64,000 nt of DNA from Desulfobacterales bacterium (GCA_963674755.2 CAXXVS010000003.1:928001-992000); one strand, 5' to 3'; shown: positions 28,215 through 39,430, numbered from the stretch's first letter. Translations and numbers: made by a program. The notes: generated by a model from the sequence alone, not told the origin.

Positions 28215-28876
28215 TGCGCTATTACCCCGTCTATCTCGATATGCGTGAACGCAAGGCCCTGGTGGTCGGGGGCGGCGCCGTGGGAAGCCGCAAGGCGCAG
28301 ACCCTGCTGCGGGCCGGCGCCCGGGTGACAGTGGTCAGCCCCCAGGCCAGCGAGGACATCCGGACCCTGGCGGCGGAAGGACGGTTGACGTGGCACCCGC
28401 GTCCCTATTGCGCATCCGATCTCGAGGACATGTTTCTGGTATTCGGTGCAACGGACGACCCGGAACTCGACCGGCGGATTCAAGCCGATGCGGAACAGGG
28501 GCATGTGTTGTGCAATTTTGCCGCACAGCCGGATCGGGGCCAGTTTATCCTTCCTTCGATTGTTGAACGGGGAGATTTGCTGGTCAGCATTTCAACGTGC
28601 GGCCAAAGCCCGGCGGTGGCCCGCCGCCTGCGTCGGGAACTGGAAGACCGGTTCGGCGAAGAATACGCCCCCTTTCTGCAGCTGATGGGCGCCGTGCGCG
28701 CCTGGCTTGTCAAGCGTGAGCATGCGCCGGAAGATCATCGGGCACTTTTCAACCGGTTGATCGACGGAGGGCTGCTGGCTTTGGTCAAGGCCGGCGACCG
28801 GGAGGACATCGATGCTTTGTTGCGATCGGTCCTGGGTGACGACTTGGACATGGGGCGTCTCATGAATCGCCACTAA
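28214..28876 (+). CDS. sirC: Precorrin-2 dehydrogenase / sirohydrochlorin ferrochelatase (CysG N-terminal type)
   Basis: MRYYPVYL, VVGGGAVGSRK, GATDD, ISTCGQSP; TGATG overlap with the upstream gene. Confidence 0.88.
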   Translation: MRYYPVYLDMRERKALVVGGGAVGSRKAQTLLRAGARVTVVSPQASEDIRTLAAEGRLTWHPRPYCASDLEDMFLVFGATDDPELDRRIQADAEQGHVLCNFAAQPDRGQFILPSIVERGDLLVSISTCGQSPAVARRLRRELEDRFGEEYAPFLQLMGAVRAWLVKREHAPEDHRALFNRLIDGGLLALVKAGDREDIDALLRSVLGDDLDMGRLMNRH

Positions 28877-28906
28877 TGGCAGAGGCTGGAGGCGGAAGAT
28901 TTATTC

Positions 28907-29728
28907 ATGGAAATCGGAATTCTCGGCACCCTGACGCTTTATGCGCTAAGCACCGCGACGTATGTCACTTTTCTTTTCATACAGAAGAAAAGCATGTACC
29001 GCCACGGGGTTTGGCTGCTGTCGGCCGGTTTTGTGCTCCACACCCTGTCGATCGGCTACGAAACCTATGCCGCGGGCTACATCCCCGTCAATACCTTGCG
29101 GGATACCCTCTCCTTTGCGGCCTGGGCCGTGGTCGGGGTCTTCCTTCTCTTTCAATACCGCTACCGTTTGAAGGTGATGGGGATTTTCGCCGCGCCCCTG
29201 GCCGCCTTCACCATGGCGGCGGTGGCTGTTATGTCGCCCAGCGCCCTCGTGGCCAAACCGGTCCTGAAGAGCCTGTGGCTGGTATCCCATGTCACCTTTA
29301 TATTCATCGGGGAAGCCGGAATGGCGCTGGCCTGCGGGCTGGGGGTGCTCTACCTGGTGCAGGAGAAGGCCATCAAGTCCAAGAAGCCGGGTTTCTTCTT
29401 CCGGCGCCTGCCGTCCCTCGACCAGCTCGATTCAGCGGGCTACGGCTGCATTTTGGGCGGGTTTCTGATGATGACCCTGGGGCTGATCATGGGGGTGGTC
29501 TACGCCAAGACCATTTGGGGCCGTTTCTGGAGCTGGGACCCGAAAGAGGTCTGGTCCGGCATCACCTGGCTGCTGTATGCCGCCATGATTCATTTACGGC
29601 TTTCGGTGGGTTGGCAGGGGCGGCGCTCGGCCATCATGGCCATCATCGGTTTTGCCACCGTGCTGTTCACCTTTCTGGGGGTCAACTTTTTCCTGAGCGG
29701 GCACCACGGCGAATTTACCCAGCGTTAG
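28907..29728 (+). CDS. ccsA: Cytochrome c biogenesis protein CcsA-type
   Basis: WWD domain WGRFWSWDPKE; conserved His residues; multi-TM. Confidence 0.9.
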   Translation: MEIGILGTLTLYALSTATYVTFLFIQKKSMYRHGVWLLSAGFVLHTLSIGYETYAAGYIPVNTLRDTLSFAAWAVVGVFLLFQYRYRLKVMGIFAAPLAAFTMAAVAVMSPSALVAKPVLKSLWLVSHVTFIFIGEAGMALACGLGVLYLVQEKAIKSKKPGFFFRRLPSLDQLDSAGYGCILGGFLMMTLGLIMGVVYAKTIWGRFWSWDPKEVWSGITWLLYAAMIHLRLSVGWQGRRSAIMAIIGFATVLFTFLGVNFFLSGHHGEFTQR

Positions 29729-29824
29729 GCCGGGAGAGACAATAGCGTGCACGGGCCGCCATATGGCGGCCATGCACAGGATGGAACGACAGGTGATCGG
29801 CGCGCGAGCCGCCGATAAAGATAG

Positions 29825-31111
29825 ATGATCGACAAGCGCGATATACTGCTGATTGGATTGAACCATAAAACCGCTCCGGTGGAAGTCCGGGAATGCATCG
29901 GATTTGCCGGTGACGAAACCGACCAGGCCCTGCTGGCCTTACATGCCCTGGAAGCGGTGCAGGAGGTTATGCTGGTGTCCACCTGCAACCGGGTGGAAGT
30001 CCTTTTGGCCACCCCGGCCAAGGACGATGCGGCCCGCCAGGTGATCGCTTTCCTGTCGGAGATGAACAACATTCCGGTGGACCGCTTCGAAGACAATCTT
30101 TACCGGCACACCGGCGATGATGCGGTGCGTCACATTTTTCGCGTGGCGGCCAGTCTGGATTCCATGGTGGTGGGGGAACCCCAGATCCTGGGGCAGATCA
30201 AGGAGGCCTACCGCAAGGCGGCTTTCAAGAAAACATCCGGCGTCATTTTAAACCGCCTGCTACACCGCACCTTTCTGGTGGCCAAGCGGATCCGCAGCGA
30301 AACGGGCATCGGGGATCATGCGGTTTCCATCAGCTATGCGGCCATCGAACTGGCGCGCAAGATCTTCGGGGACCTTGAAGGCCGCAAGGTGCTTTTGATC
30401 GGGGCTGGCGAAATGGCGGAACTGGCGGTCGAGCACCTCATCCGCAACCGCGCTGACGAGATCCTGGTGGCCAACCGCACCTTCGAGCGCGGGGTGGCGC
30501 TGGCCCAGCGGTTTGACGGGCATGCCATCCGTTTCGAAGAGATTCCAGATGCTCTGGAGACCGTGGATATCGTCATCAGTTCCACCGGGGCTTCGGATAT
30601 CGTCATCCGCCGCGATCAGGTCCGGAGGGCCATGCGCCGCCGGCGCAACCGGCCGCTCTTTTTCATCGACATCGCCGTACCGCGGGACATCGACCCAGAC
30701 ATCAACCGTTTGAACAACATCTACGTCTACGACATCGACGATCTCAAAGGGGTTATCGAAGAGAACATCGAAGACCGTCAGCGGGCCGCCATCAAGGGCG
30801 AGCGCATCGTGGACGAAGCGGTAATCCGTTTTCGCCAGTGGTACGAGAACCTGGACGTGGTGCCGACCATCGTGGGGCTGCGCCGCAAGTTCGAGGAAGT
30901 CATCCGGGCCGAGGTGGGCCGCACCTGCCCGGGCGGTGATGCCCGGGGAGTGGCCCCGGACGCCTTGGACAAGATGGTCAACGCCCTGGTCAACAAAATT
31001 CTGCACGACCCCACCACCATCCTGAAACGCGAGGAGGGGCACGGCGACAAAGCCCAACTCCTGGCGGCTGTCCGCAAGCTTTTCAAGCTGGATGACCATG
31101 ACGCCCCATAA
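29825..31111 (+). CDS. hemA: Glutamyl-tRNA reductase
   Basis: GLNHKTAP, STCNR, LDSMVVGEPQILGQ, GAGEM, DIAVPRDI. Confidence 0.97.
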   Translation: MIDKRDILLIGLNHKTAPVEVRECIGFAGDETDQALLALHALEAVQEVMLVSTCNRVEVLLATPAKDDAARQVIAFLSEMNNIPVDRFEDNLYRHTGDDAVRHIFRVAASLDSMVVGEPQILGQIKEAYRKAAFKKTSGVILNRLLHRTFLVAKRIRSETGIGDHAVSISYAAIELARKIFGDLEGRKVLLIGAGEMAELAVEHLIRNRADEILVANRTFERGVALAQRFDGHAIRFEEIPDALETVDIVISSTGASDIVIRRDQVRRAMRRRRNRPLFFIDIAVPRDIDPDINRLNNIYVYDIDDLKGVIEENIEDRQRAAIKGERIVDEAVIRFRQWYENLDVVPTIVGLRRKFEEVIRAEVGRTCPGGDARGVAPDALDKMVNALVNKILHDPTTILKREEGHGDKAQLLAAVRKLFKLDDHDAP

Positions 31112-31195
31112 AAACTGATCGCCCCCCGGCAGGCATTGCCGTCATTCCCCGCGTCACGCCTGTTGCCGTGTCAGGCCTTGGCGGCTGGGCGACCA

Positions 31196-31840
31196 TCAGG
31201 CCGGGGTTTTATCGGGATAGGGGCACAGACGCCGGAGCGGGCAGGAAGGACAAACGGGTTTACGCGCCAGGCAGACATCCCGTCCGAAGTGAATCAACTG
31301 CAGGCTGAAGGTATTCCAGGCCCGCTTGGGCATAATGGCCATGAGATCCTGTTCGATCTTGGCTGGATCGGTATGCGCCGTCAGGCCCAGGCGGCCCGAC
31401 AGGCGTTTGACATGGGTGTCCACCACCATGCCGGGAATGCCGAAGGCCGCTCCCAGCACCACATTGGCGGTCTTGCGGCCCACTCCGGGCAGAGCGGTGA
31501 GGGCTTCCAGGCGGTGAGGGACCCGGCCTTCATGCTTTTCGGCCAGAGCCCGCGCGCAGGCCCGGATGTTGCGTGCCTTGTTGTGGTAAAAACCCGTGGG
31601 CCGGATAAGGGCTTCGATGTCACGCACAGGAGCCGCGGCCAGGTCGTCTGCGGTGGGGTAGCGATCGAAGAGAGCCGGGGTAACGCTGTTGACCTGGCGG
31701 TCGGTGGTCTGGGCCGAGAGAATGGTGGCCACGAGGAGTTCAAAGGGGTTGCGGTGGGTCAGGGCCGTCTTGACATCCGGATAGGTGTTCCTTAGGATTT
31801 TGCGGATTTTGTCGGTGCGGCGGCGGAGGTGCGAATCCAT
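31196..31840 (-). CDS. nth: Endonuclease III
   Basis: LSAQTTD, HhH LPGVGRKTANV, VDTH, CLARKPVCPSCPLRRLC Fe-S motif; start ATG 31840. Confidence 0.95.
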   Translation of the reverse strand: MDSHLRRRTDKIRKILRNTYPDVKTALTHRNPFELLVATILSAQTTDRQVNSVTPALFDRYPTADDLAAAPVRDIEALIRPTGFYHNKARNIRACARALAEKHEGRVPHRLEALTALPGVGRKTANVVLGAAFGIPGMVVDTHVKRLSGRLGLTAHTDPAKIEQDLMAIMPKRAWNTFSLQLIHFGRDVCLARKPVCPSCPLRRLCPYPDKTPA

Positions 31841-32114
31841 AGATCTTCCATTCGGTTGGGCGTACGGGCGATGGCATTTGTTGATGTTCATCCAGAGATG
31901 GTCGCTTTGGGTTTCGGCCAAGGTCGCAGGGAATTGTCCAGCGTTGCTGGACTTCCCGTCCGGTCCAACCCCGTTGTGGGTGCAAACCGCAGGCGAAGCT
32001 TGGCTATGACCCGGATTTCCAAAGCGCCCGCCAACCGGGGCCAAAAGATGCCATTCATGGATGGACTCGATCTACGATGGCGGCGGCCAGACGATCAGCG
32101 GATGGGTAGATACC

Positions 32115-33113
32115 ATGAACAACTCTGAAAAAAAAGGCGTGCGGGCCCTGGGGCTTTGCTCGGGCGGGCTGGACAGCATTCTGGCGGGCCTGGTGCTGCG
32201 ACAGCAGGGCGTCGACGTGGCCTGGGTGAGCTTTGAAACCCCGTTTTTTTCGGCCGACAAGGCCCGTGCCGCTTCCCGTATCACCGGAATCCCCCTCACC
32301 GTCCAGCGCATAACAGACGTCTACCTGCCCATGCTGCGCAGTCCCGCCTGCGGATACGGGAAAAATATGAACCCCTGCATGGACTGCCACGCCCTGATGT
32401 TTCGCCTGGCCGGGGAACGGATGCGGCCGGAAGGTTTCGACTTCCTGTTCAGTGGAGAGGTGCTGGGCCAGCGGCCCATGAGCCAGAACAAGACCGCCCT
32501 GCGCTATGTGGAAAAACACTCCGGCTATGACGGCTACATTCTTCGTCCCCTCAGCGCCCGCCTGCTGCCGGAGACCCGCCCGGAAGTCGAAGGCTTGGTG
32601 GATCGCGCGCGGTTGCTGGATTTGAGCGGCCGGGGACGCAAGCCCCAGATGGCGCTGGCGGAGGCCTTCGGGCTCACCGACTATCCGGCTCCGGCCGGCG
32701 GTTGCCTGCTGACGGATCCCAACTATTCCCGGCGCTTGAAAGATCTCTTCGACCATCAGGAAGCGGTGCGCGAGGCCCAGCTCGAACTGCTCAAATACGG
32801 GCGCCATTTCCGGCTGGACGAGCATACCAAAATCGTGGTGGGCCGCACCCAGGGGGAAAACCAGCGCATTCTGGATTTTTACGACCCGACCGGCGATATC
32901 CTGCTGAAGCTCAAGGCCTATCCGGGACCCACGGTGCTCGCCCCCCACGACGCATCCTCCGAGGCCCTCCAAAAGGCGGCCGCCATCTGTGCGGGATACA
33001 GCAAGGCGCCTTCGGATCGGGCGGTCGATGTGCAGATAACAAGGCCGGGTAAGCGGGGTGTCCTCCAGGTGGTGCCTTTATCGCCCGACACGGTCGGCAG
33101 CCTGCTGATCTGA
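32115..33113 (+). CDS. PP-loop tRNA thiolation protein (ThiI/MnmA-like)
   Basis: SGGLDS PP-loop, PCMDCH, GEVLGQRPMSQ, PAGGCLLT. Confidence 0.85.
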   Translation: MNNSEKKGVRALGLCSGGLDSILAGLVLRQQGVDVAWVSFETPFFSADKARAASRITGIPLTVQRITDVYLPMLRSPACGYGKNMNPCMDCHALMFRLAGERMRPEGFDFLFSGEVLGQRPMSQNKTALRYVEKHSGYDGYILRPLSARLLPETRPEVEGLVDRARLLDLSGRGRKPQMALAEAFGLTDYPAPAGGCLLTDPNYSRRLKDLFDHQEAVREAQLELLKYGRHFRLDEHTKIVVGRTQGENQRILDFYDPTGDILLKLKAYPGPTVLAPHDASSEALQKAAAICAGYSKAPSDRAVDVQITRPGKRGVLQVVPLSPDTVGSLLI

Positions 33114-33232
33114 AACGGCCGCCTAAGTGCCCCTATTCATAAAGACGATGCCATTCGACCGCCTATCCATCCATCCTGCCTGACGGCGTTGCGAAACCAC
33201 AGAATATTCCCGATATTCTTTAGCACACGATG

Positions 33233-34297
33233 TCAATCCGGTTTTGGGTCATGTGCTTCGCTGCGCGCTTTAAGTTGACCGCAGGCGGCCGAGATGTCGC
33301 GGCCCTTGCTGTGCCGGATGATGGCGGTATAGCCCAGGTCCACGAGCGATTGTTGAAAGGCATCGATAACGGTTTCCGAAGGGCGCCGGAAACGGCAGCC
33401 TTCATGTTCGTTGAAGGGGATCAGGTTGATCTTGGCACGGATGGGGCGCAGGAGGGCCGCCAGGCGCCGGGCGTCTTCCGCACGGTCGTTGACGCCCTCC
33501 ATCAGGATGTATTCGAAGGTGATCCGGCGATGGGGCCGCAAGGGGTAGCGGCGGCAGGCCTCCAGAAGGGTTTCGAGGGGATAGCGGCGGTTGATGGGCA
33601 TCAAACGGCTGCGGGTGGCATCGTCGGTGGCATTGAGGGAAACGGCCAGGCTGACGTCGGTATCACGCCCCAGGGCCTCCATTTGCGGCACCAGCCCGGC
33701 AGTGGAGACGGTGATCTTGCGCCGCGAAAAGCCGAAGCCGGCCTTGTTGTCCGTCAACAGCTGGATGGCATCCACCACATTGCGGTAATTGGCCAACGGT
33801 TCCCCCATGCCCATGAAGACGATGTTGGTCAGGCTTTCCGGGGCACGGAGCTCTTTGCGGATATCCCGCACCTGGGCCAGAATCTCTCCCAGGGTGAGGT
33901 TGCGCTCCCAGCCGCCGGTGGCGGTGAAGCAGAAGCGGCAGTTCTGGGCGCAGCCCACCTGACTCGAGAGGCATAGGGTGGCATGGTTGCGCTCGGGGAT
34001 CAGGACGCTTTCGATGTGCCGGCCGTCGTTTAGCCCGAAAAGGAATTTCTGGGCGCCGTCGCCGGCGATTTCGCGGGCCTCCATGGTCAGCCGTCCGATA
34101 GAAAAGCATTCCGCCAGGGTGGCCCGCAGCGCCTTGCTGAGGTTGCTCATGTCATCAAAGCGGTCCACCTGTTCGCGGTAGATCCAACGCCAGATCTGGT
34201 CGGCCCGATAACCCGCCTCCCCCTGCGCCTGCAGCCACTGCTGAAGCGTGGCGCGATTGTAATCCTTGATGTCCGTCCGACGGTCCGCGATGATCAT
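33233..34297 (-). CDS. rlmN: Dual-specificity 23S rRNA/tRNA C2-methyltransferase (radical SAM)
   Basis: SSQVGCAQNCRFC, MGMGEP, ISAACGQL. Confidence 0.96.
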   Translation of the reverse strand: MIIADRRTDIKDYNRATLQQWLQAQGEAGYRADQIWRWIYREQVDRFDDMSNLSKALRATLAECFSIGRLTMEAREIAGDGAQKFLFGLNDGRHIESVLIPERNHATLCLSSQVGCAQNCRFCFTATGGWERNLTLGEILAQVRDIRKELRAPESLTNIVFMGMGEPLANYRNVVDAIQLLTDNKAGFGFSRRKITVSTAGLVPQMEALGRDTDVSLAVSLNATDDATRSRLMPINRRYPLETLLEACRRYPLRPHRRITFEYILMEGVNDRAEDARRLAALLRPIRAKINLIPFNEHEGCRFRRPSETVIDAFQQSLVDLGYTAIIRHSKGRDISAACGQLKARSEAHDPKPD

Positions 34298-34441
34298 TTT
34301 ATTTGCAATTTTTAGTGACTTAGGTTAATATAAAAAGATAACACACTCCAGAAAGCAATCTACCCGCCCCGGCTTCCATTTCGTGTGTGGTCCCCCCTGT
34401 CTAAGGGGAAAAAGGTTCTGTTTCAAGCTTTCCTTTTGTAC

Positions 34442-34470
34442 TTGACATACCATTATCAAAATTCTAAATT
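34442..34470 (+). promoter_or_regulatory. sigma70 promoter of the ffh operon
   Basis: TTGACA-N17-TAAATT. Confidence 0.7.
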
Positions 34471-34510
34471 CAACGATTTATGATGATAGAGAGCGGATTG
34501 GGGAAAGGTT

Positions 34511-35842
34511 ATGTTTGAAAACCTGTCCGACAAACTTGATGCCGTCTTCAAAAAGCTCAAGGGCCACGGCAAGCTGACGGAAAGCAACGTCGAGGAAGGC
34601 CTCCGGGAAGTGCGCTTGGCATTGCTGGAGGCGGATGTTCATTTCCGGGTGGTCAAGCAGTTTATCGCGGACATCAAGGAGCGCGCGCTTGGCCAGGAAG
34701 TACTGGCCAGCCTGACCCCGGGCCAGCAGATCATCAAGATCGTCAACGAGCAGCTCACCGAGCTGATGGGCTCGCAACACGAGCAGCTCGATCTCCAGGG
34801 GGCCCGGCCGGTGGCGGTCATGCTGGTGGGCCTGCAGGGGTCTGGTAAGACGACTACGGCCGGCAAGCTGGCCGTACATCTGCGTAACGAGGGGCACAAG
34901 CCGTATTTGGTGCCGGCGGATGTCTACCGACCCGCGGCCATCGACCAGTTGACCAAGCTCGCCGGGCAGCTGTCGGTCCCGGTCTATGCCTCCCGGACCG
35001 ACATGGATCCGGTCGATATCTGTCTGGAAGCCCGTGTCGCCGCCCAAATGGCGGGCTGTGACGTTCTGCTGCTGGATACCGCGGGCCGCCTGCACATCGA
35101 CGAGTCCCTGATGGCCGAGTTGGCACGGATCAAGGACGCCGTCAAGCCGTCGGACACCCTGTTGGTGGCCGATGCCATGACCGGCCAGGATGCGGTCAAC
35201 ATCGCCGAGTCCTTTAACGAAGCGCTGGATATCGGCGGCATCGTCCTGACCAAGACGGACGGCGACGCCCGCGGTGGTGCCGCCCTTTCCGTCAAGGCGG
35301 TCACCGGCAAGCCCATCAAGTTCGTCGGCACTGGTGAAAAGCTCACTCAGCTGGAAGCCTTCCACCCCGACCGGATGGCGTCCACCATCCTGGGAATGGG
35401 GGATGTGCTGACCCTCATCGAGAAGGCCCAGGCGGTCGTCGATGAGAAAAAAGCGGTCGAACTTGAAAAGAAGCTCCGCAAGAGCCAATTTACGTTGGAG
35501 GACTTTCGTGATCAGCTCGTGCAGGTACGCAAAATGGGGTCCCTGTCCGAATTGCTCCAGATGATCCCGGGCATGGGCAAGATGAAGCAGATGAAGCATC
35601 TTGAGGTGGACGACGGCGAGCTCGTCAAAATCGAAGCGATTATCAACTCCATGACCCGTAAGGAGCGGCAGAACCATGCCATCATCAACGGCAGCCGGCG
35701 CAAGCGCATTGCCAAGGGCAGCGGGACGCGCGTGCAGGATGTGAACAGCCTGCTCAAGAACTATACGCAGGTCATGAAAATGATGAAGAAGATGAATAAA
35801 AGCGGCATGCGCGGGCTTGGCCGGGGTATGCTACCTTTCTAA
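34511..35842 (+). CDS. ffh: Signal recognition particle protein
   Basis: [20 protein letters not shown] domain. Confidence 0.98.
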   Translation: MFENLSDKLDAVFKKLKGHGKLTESNVEEGLREVRLALLEADVHFRVVKQFIADIKERALGQEVLASLTPGQQIIKIVNEQLTELMGSQHEQLDLQGARPVAVMLVGLQGSGKTTTAGKLAVHLRNEGHKPYLVPADVYRPAAIDQLTKLAGQLSVPVYASRTDMDPVDICLEARVAAQMAGCDVLLLDTAGRLHIDESLMAELARIKDAVKPSDTLLVADAMTGQDAVNIAESFNEALDIGGIVLTKTDGDARGGAALSVKAVTGKPIKFVGTGEKLTQLEAFHPDRMASTILGMGDVLTLIEKAQAVVDEKKAVELEKKLRKSQFTLEDFRDQLVQVRKMGSLSELLQMIPGMGKMKQMKHLEVDDGELVKIEAIINSMTRKERQNHAIINGSRRKRIAKGSGTRVQDVNSLLKNYTQVMKMMKKMNKSGMRGLGRGMLPF

Positions 35843-35855
35843 AGGAGAAGAGCGA

Positions 35856-36110
35856 ATGGCAGTAAGAATCAGATTGGCCAGACATGGCGCCAAAAAGAAA
35901 CCGTTTTACCGCATTGTCGTTGCCGACAGTGAATCCCCGCGTGACGGAAGATACCTGGAAGCGGTTGGAACATACAATCCGTTGCTTGATCCGGCTGAGA
36001 TTACGGTAAAGCAGGAGCGCGTCCAGTACTGGCTGGAACAAGGGGCTATTCCGACCGACACGGTCAAAAGCCTGCTGAAGAAGGAGGTCGCCTCGCAAGA
36101 GACCGCATAG
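35856..36110 (+). CDS. rpsP: 30S ribosomal protein S16
   Basis: [22 protein letters not shown]. Confidence 0.97.
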   Translation: MAVRIRLARHGAKKKPFYRIVVADSESPRDGRYLEAVGTYNPLLDPAEITVKQERVQYWLEQGAIPTDTVKSLLKKEVASQETA

Positions 36111-36156
36111 CCCCCACTGCCCCATATTCTCACCCACCAACAAAGGAGATGGCGCT

Positions 36157-36387
36157 ATGAGAGACCTGATCGATTACATCGCACGGGCGTTGGTTGACAA
36201 TCCTGACGAGGTCTCGGTTTCAGAAGTCGAAGGCAACCAGACATCGGTGCTTGAGCTTAAGGTGGCCAAAGAGGATTTGGGTAAAGTCATAGGGAAGCAG
36301 GGGCGCACGGCGCGGGCCATGCGGACGATTTTGAGCGCGGCTTCGGCCAAAGTGAAAAAACGGACGGTACTTGAAATCATCGAATGA
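36157..36387 (+). CDS. khpA: KH-domain RNA-binding protein
   Basis: [13 protein letters not shown]; conserved position after rpsP. Confidence 0.93.
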   Translation: MRDLIDYIARALVDNPDEVSVSEVEGNQTSVLELKVAKEDLGKVIGKQGRTARAMRTILSAASAKVKKRTVLEIIE

Positions 36388-36901
36388 CAGGACCCCTCCC
36401 GGCGATACCCAATTGATAGGCGAAATCGTCGGTGTGCACGGCCTGGGCGGTGCTTTGAAAGTTCGGTCCTATGCCGATTCGCCACTGATGTTCGAAGCGG
36501 GCCTGGCGCTTTATCTGGAAAGCCCCGCGGGTCTTGTTCAGGCGTGTACGCTGGATTGGGCCAAACCCCATGGCAAGGGCGTCCTCTTATCCATCACGGG
36601 GGTTGCCGATCGCGAAACCGCCGAAAGACTCGTCGGAACTCGCCTTTTGGTGGACAAGGCCATACTCCCCGCTTTGGAAGAGGGGACCTATTACTGGTTT
36701 GAACTCATCGGATTGTCGGTCTATACCACCCAGGGCGAATACCTGGGGACGTTAGACAGCATATTGCCGACCGGCAGCAACGATGTTTATGTGGTGCGTG
36801 ACGGCGATGCGGAGACCTTGGTGCCGGCGCTGGCATCGGTGGTCCAGGCCATCGATACCGATCAGGGCCGAATGGAGGTCAACCTTCCCGAAGGATTGTA
36901 G
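36371..36901 (+). CDS. rimM: Ribosome maturation factor RimM (TTG start, exact start uncertain)
   Basis: [28 protein letters not shown]. Confidence 0.93.
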   Translation: MKSSNDRTPPGDTQLIGEIVGVHGLGGALKVRSYADSPLMFEAGLALYLESPAGLVQACTLDWAKPHGKGVLLSITGVADRETAERLVGTRLLVDKAILPALEEGTYYWFELIGLSVYTTQGEYLGTLDSILPTGSNDVYVVRDGDAETLVPALASVVQAIDTDQGRMEVNLPEGL

Positions 36902-36921
36902 ACGGCAGGGGGAAGGACTGC

Positions 36922-37716
36922 ATGACAATGGATGTCGCTGTTCTGACCATTTTCCCGGAGATGTTCGCGCCGTTCTGGCATCACGGGATTGTCAGGCGGG
37001 CCGTCGAACAAGGGTATCTTAAGAGCGAGGCCGTCGATATCCGGGCCTACGCCGAAGACCGTCACAAGGTGACCGACGACCGGCCCTATGGCGGCGGATG
37101 CGGCATGGTGATGAAACCGGAGCCGCTGGCCAAAGCCCTGCGGGCGACGCGGAGGCGCATGCCGGATGCCGTCACCTTGTTGATGACACCCCAGGGCCGC
37201 CCCTTCAGCCAACAGATGGCCGCCGCGCTGGCCGGCCGGAAGGGGCTGATTTTTATTTGCGGGCGCTATGAAGGGGTGGACGAGCGTTTTGCCGAACAAT
37301 TCGTCGATGAGGAGATTTCCATCGGCGATTATGTGCTGACCGGCGGTGAACTGCCGGCCATGGTAGTTGTGGATGCGGTGGTACGGCTCATTCCGGGCGT
37401 TCTGGGCGGCGACGACTCGGCGGCCCAGGATTCGTTTGCGGACGGCCTGCTGGAACACGCCCATTACACCCGCCCACGTGCTTTTGAGGGGCGGGAGGTA
37501 CCCGAGGTTCTGTTGTCCGGCAATCACGCCGCCATCGCCCAATGGCGCCTCGAAGGGGCGTTGATGCAAACCTTTTTAAAACGACCGGATCTCCTCGAGA
37601 ACCGCGAGTTTTCGGCTCAGGAAAGCGCCATCCTGAGAAAGTGGTCCCAGAGACTTGAAAACCTTATCCGGGGTCAATCTGCACGTCGCCCTGATTCACT
37701 ACCCGGTGGTGAATAA
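36922..37716 (+). CDS. trmD: tRNA (guanosine(37)-N1)-methyltransferase
   Basis: TIFPEMF, DDRPYGGG, CGRYEGVDER, SIGDYVLTGGE, HYTRP, SGNH. Confidence 0.97.
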   Translation: MTMDVAVLTIFPEMFAPFWHHGIVRRAVEQGYLKSEAVDIRAYAEDRHKVTDDRPYGGGCGMVMKPEPLAKALRATRRRMPDAVTLLMTPQGRPFSQQMAAALAGRKGLIFICGRYEGVDERFAEQFVDEEISIGDYVLTGGELPAMVVVDAVVRLIPGVLGGDDSAAQDSFADGLLEHAHYTRPRAFEGREVPEVLLSGNHAAIAQWRLEGALMQTFLKRPDLLENREFSAQESAILRKWSQRLENLIRGQSARRPDSLPGGE

Positions 37717-38230
37717 GCATGGCGAAACGGTGGCCTCGGCGGTTACCAATCTCGATCTGCACGACATGGCCCGTGCCGCCCGCACGTTCGGCGTCCGGGC
37801 GTTGCATGTGATTACCCCGCTGGCGGACCAGCGGGCCCTGGCGGAGAAGATCGTCCGCCACTGGACCAGCGGACCCGGCGGCGTGCATAATCCTAAGCGC
37901 CGCGCGGCCTTGGAGCTCGTTCGGGTGACGGCCTCCCTGGAGGAGACCCGTTTGCTCATCGCGCAGGATTGCGGCCGGCCGCCGGTGGTTGTGGCGACCT
38001 GTGCCCGGCGCTACCCGGAAGCCTGCGGGTTTGAGGAACTGGCCGGGAGGATGGCGAAAGGCATACCGCATCTGGTGCTGTTCGGCACCGCCTGGGGGCT
38101 GGCGCCGGAATTGGTTGCGGCCGCGGATGCTGTTCTGGAGCCGATCGTGGGCCAAGGGGACTACAATCATTTATCGGTTCGCTGCGCGGCCGCAATCGTT
38201 ATGGATCGGCTGATGATGGGCCGACATTAA
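37655..38230 (+). CDS. SPOUT-class RNA methyltransferase (trmD-associated)
   Basis: ALIHYPV, VTNLDLHDMAR, FGTAWGL, YNHLSVR; overlaps trmD by 62 nt. Confidence 0.88.
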   Translation: MKTLSGVNLHVALIHYPVVNKHGETVASAVTNLDLHDMARAARTFGVRALHVITPLADQRALAEKIVRHWTSGPGGVHNPKRRAALELVRVTASLEETRLLIAQDCGRPPVVVATCARRYPEACGFEELAGRMAKGIPHLVLFGTAWGLAPELVAAADAVLEPIVGQGDYNHLSVRCAAAIVMDRLMMGRH

Positions 38231-38267
38231 TTGTTAAACTGATCGGAATCAACATTAGGGGTTTATT

Positions 38268-38612
38268 ATGGAAAAGCTCAAACAACTGGAAAAAGAAATG
38301 ATGCGGCTTGATCTGCCGGAGTTCGTGCCCGGTGATACGGTCAAGGTGCATGTCAAGATCAAGGAAGGCGAGAAGGAGCGTATTCAGGTCTTCCAGGGGG
38401 TGGTGATCAGCAAGCGCAAGGGGACCACCAATGCGACCTTCACGGTCCGCAAGGTTTCCTATGGTGTCGGCGTGGAGCGTGTTTTCCCGATGCATTCACC
38501 CATCATCGACAAGATCGAGGTGGTGACCCGGGGCCGCGTGCGCCGCGCCAAGATCTACTACCTGCGCAAATTGCGCGGCAAAGCCGCCCGTATCAAAGAG
38601 CGCCGTTTCTAA
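38268..38612 (+). CDS. rplS: 50S ribosomal protein L19
   Basis: [32 protein letters not shown]. Confidence 0.98.
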   Translation: MEKLKQLEKEMMRLDLPEFVPGDTVKVHVKIKEGEKERIQVFQGVVISKRKGTTNATFTVRKVSYGVGVERVFPMHSPIIDKIEVVTRGRVRRAKIYYLRKLRGKAARIKERRF

Positions 38613-38744
38613 TCCGTCCGTCGTCGCCATTGATGGCGGGGCCCTGCAAGCCGATGCTTTTCAAGATGGGCGGGGCTTTTCAACGCAGAAGGCCGGGGCG
38701 TCGGGACCCTTTAGGGGACCTGCCGCCCTGGGAGCCGACGCCGC

Positions 38745-39377
38745 GTGAATCAGGACCCGAAGTGTTTCGAAAACGAAGTCCACGCCCGGGGGTATCGCCG
38801 GGTGGCCGGCGTCGATGAAGCCGGTCGGGGGCCGCTGGCCGGGCCGGTGGTGGCGTCCGCGGTTATCCTGGGTGACAGGATCCGGCTGGACGGCATCAAC
38901 GATTCCAAACAGCTGACGGCACAGCGTCGCCTGGCCGCCTATCAGCGCATATGCCAGGAGGCCTTGGCCGTCGGTATCGGAGTGATCGATGCCGGGATCA
39001 TCGACCGCATCAATATCCTGCAATCCGCTCTTCTGGCGATGGAGGTGGCGGTGGCGCACCTCGACCCCCAGGCAGATTTTTTGCTGATCGACGGAAACCA
39101 TCCCACCGCCCTGAGTCTGCCCCAGCGCACCATCATCAAGGGGGATGCCCGCAGTGCTTCCATTGCCGCAGCCTCGATTGTGGCCAAAGTGACGCGGGAC
39201 CGCCTGATGGAGGGCTACCATACCCAGTATCCGGCTTACGGCTTTGATCGGCACAAAGGGTATCCCACCCGGGCGCATCGCGAGGCGGTTCGCCAGCACG
39301 GGTGTTGCCCGATCCACCGGTTCACATTCAGAGGGGTCAGGGAATATGCCCCGTTGACCCAGGTTCCAGGGGAATGA
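38745..39377 (+). CDS. rnhB: Ribonuclease HII
   Basis: GVDEAGRG, DSK, IDGN, AASIVAKVTRD, HKGYPT. Confidence 0.96.
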   Translation: MNQDPKCFENEVHARGYRRVAGVDEAGRGPLAGPVVASAVILGDRIRLDGINDSKQLTAQRRLAAYQRICQEALAVGIGVIDAGIIDRINILQSALLAMEVAVAHLDPQADFLLIDGNHPTALSLPQRTIIKGDARSASIAAASIVAKVTRDRLMEGYHTQYPAYGFDRHKGYPTRAHREAVRQHGCCPIHRFTFRGVREYAPLTQVPGE

Positions 39378-39430
39378 TTCAGCGGGTCATACAGTTTTGG
39401 CGGCACTCGGGAGGACTGATCGGGGGGACG

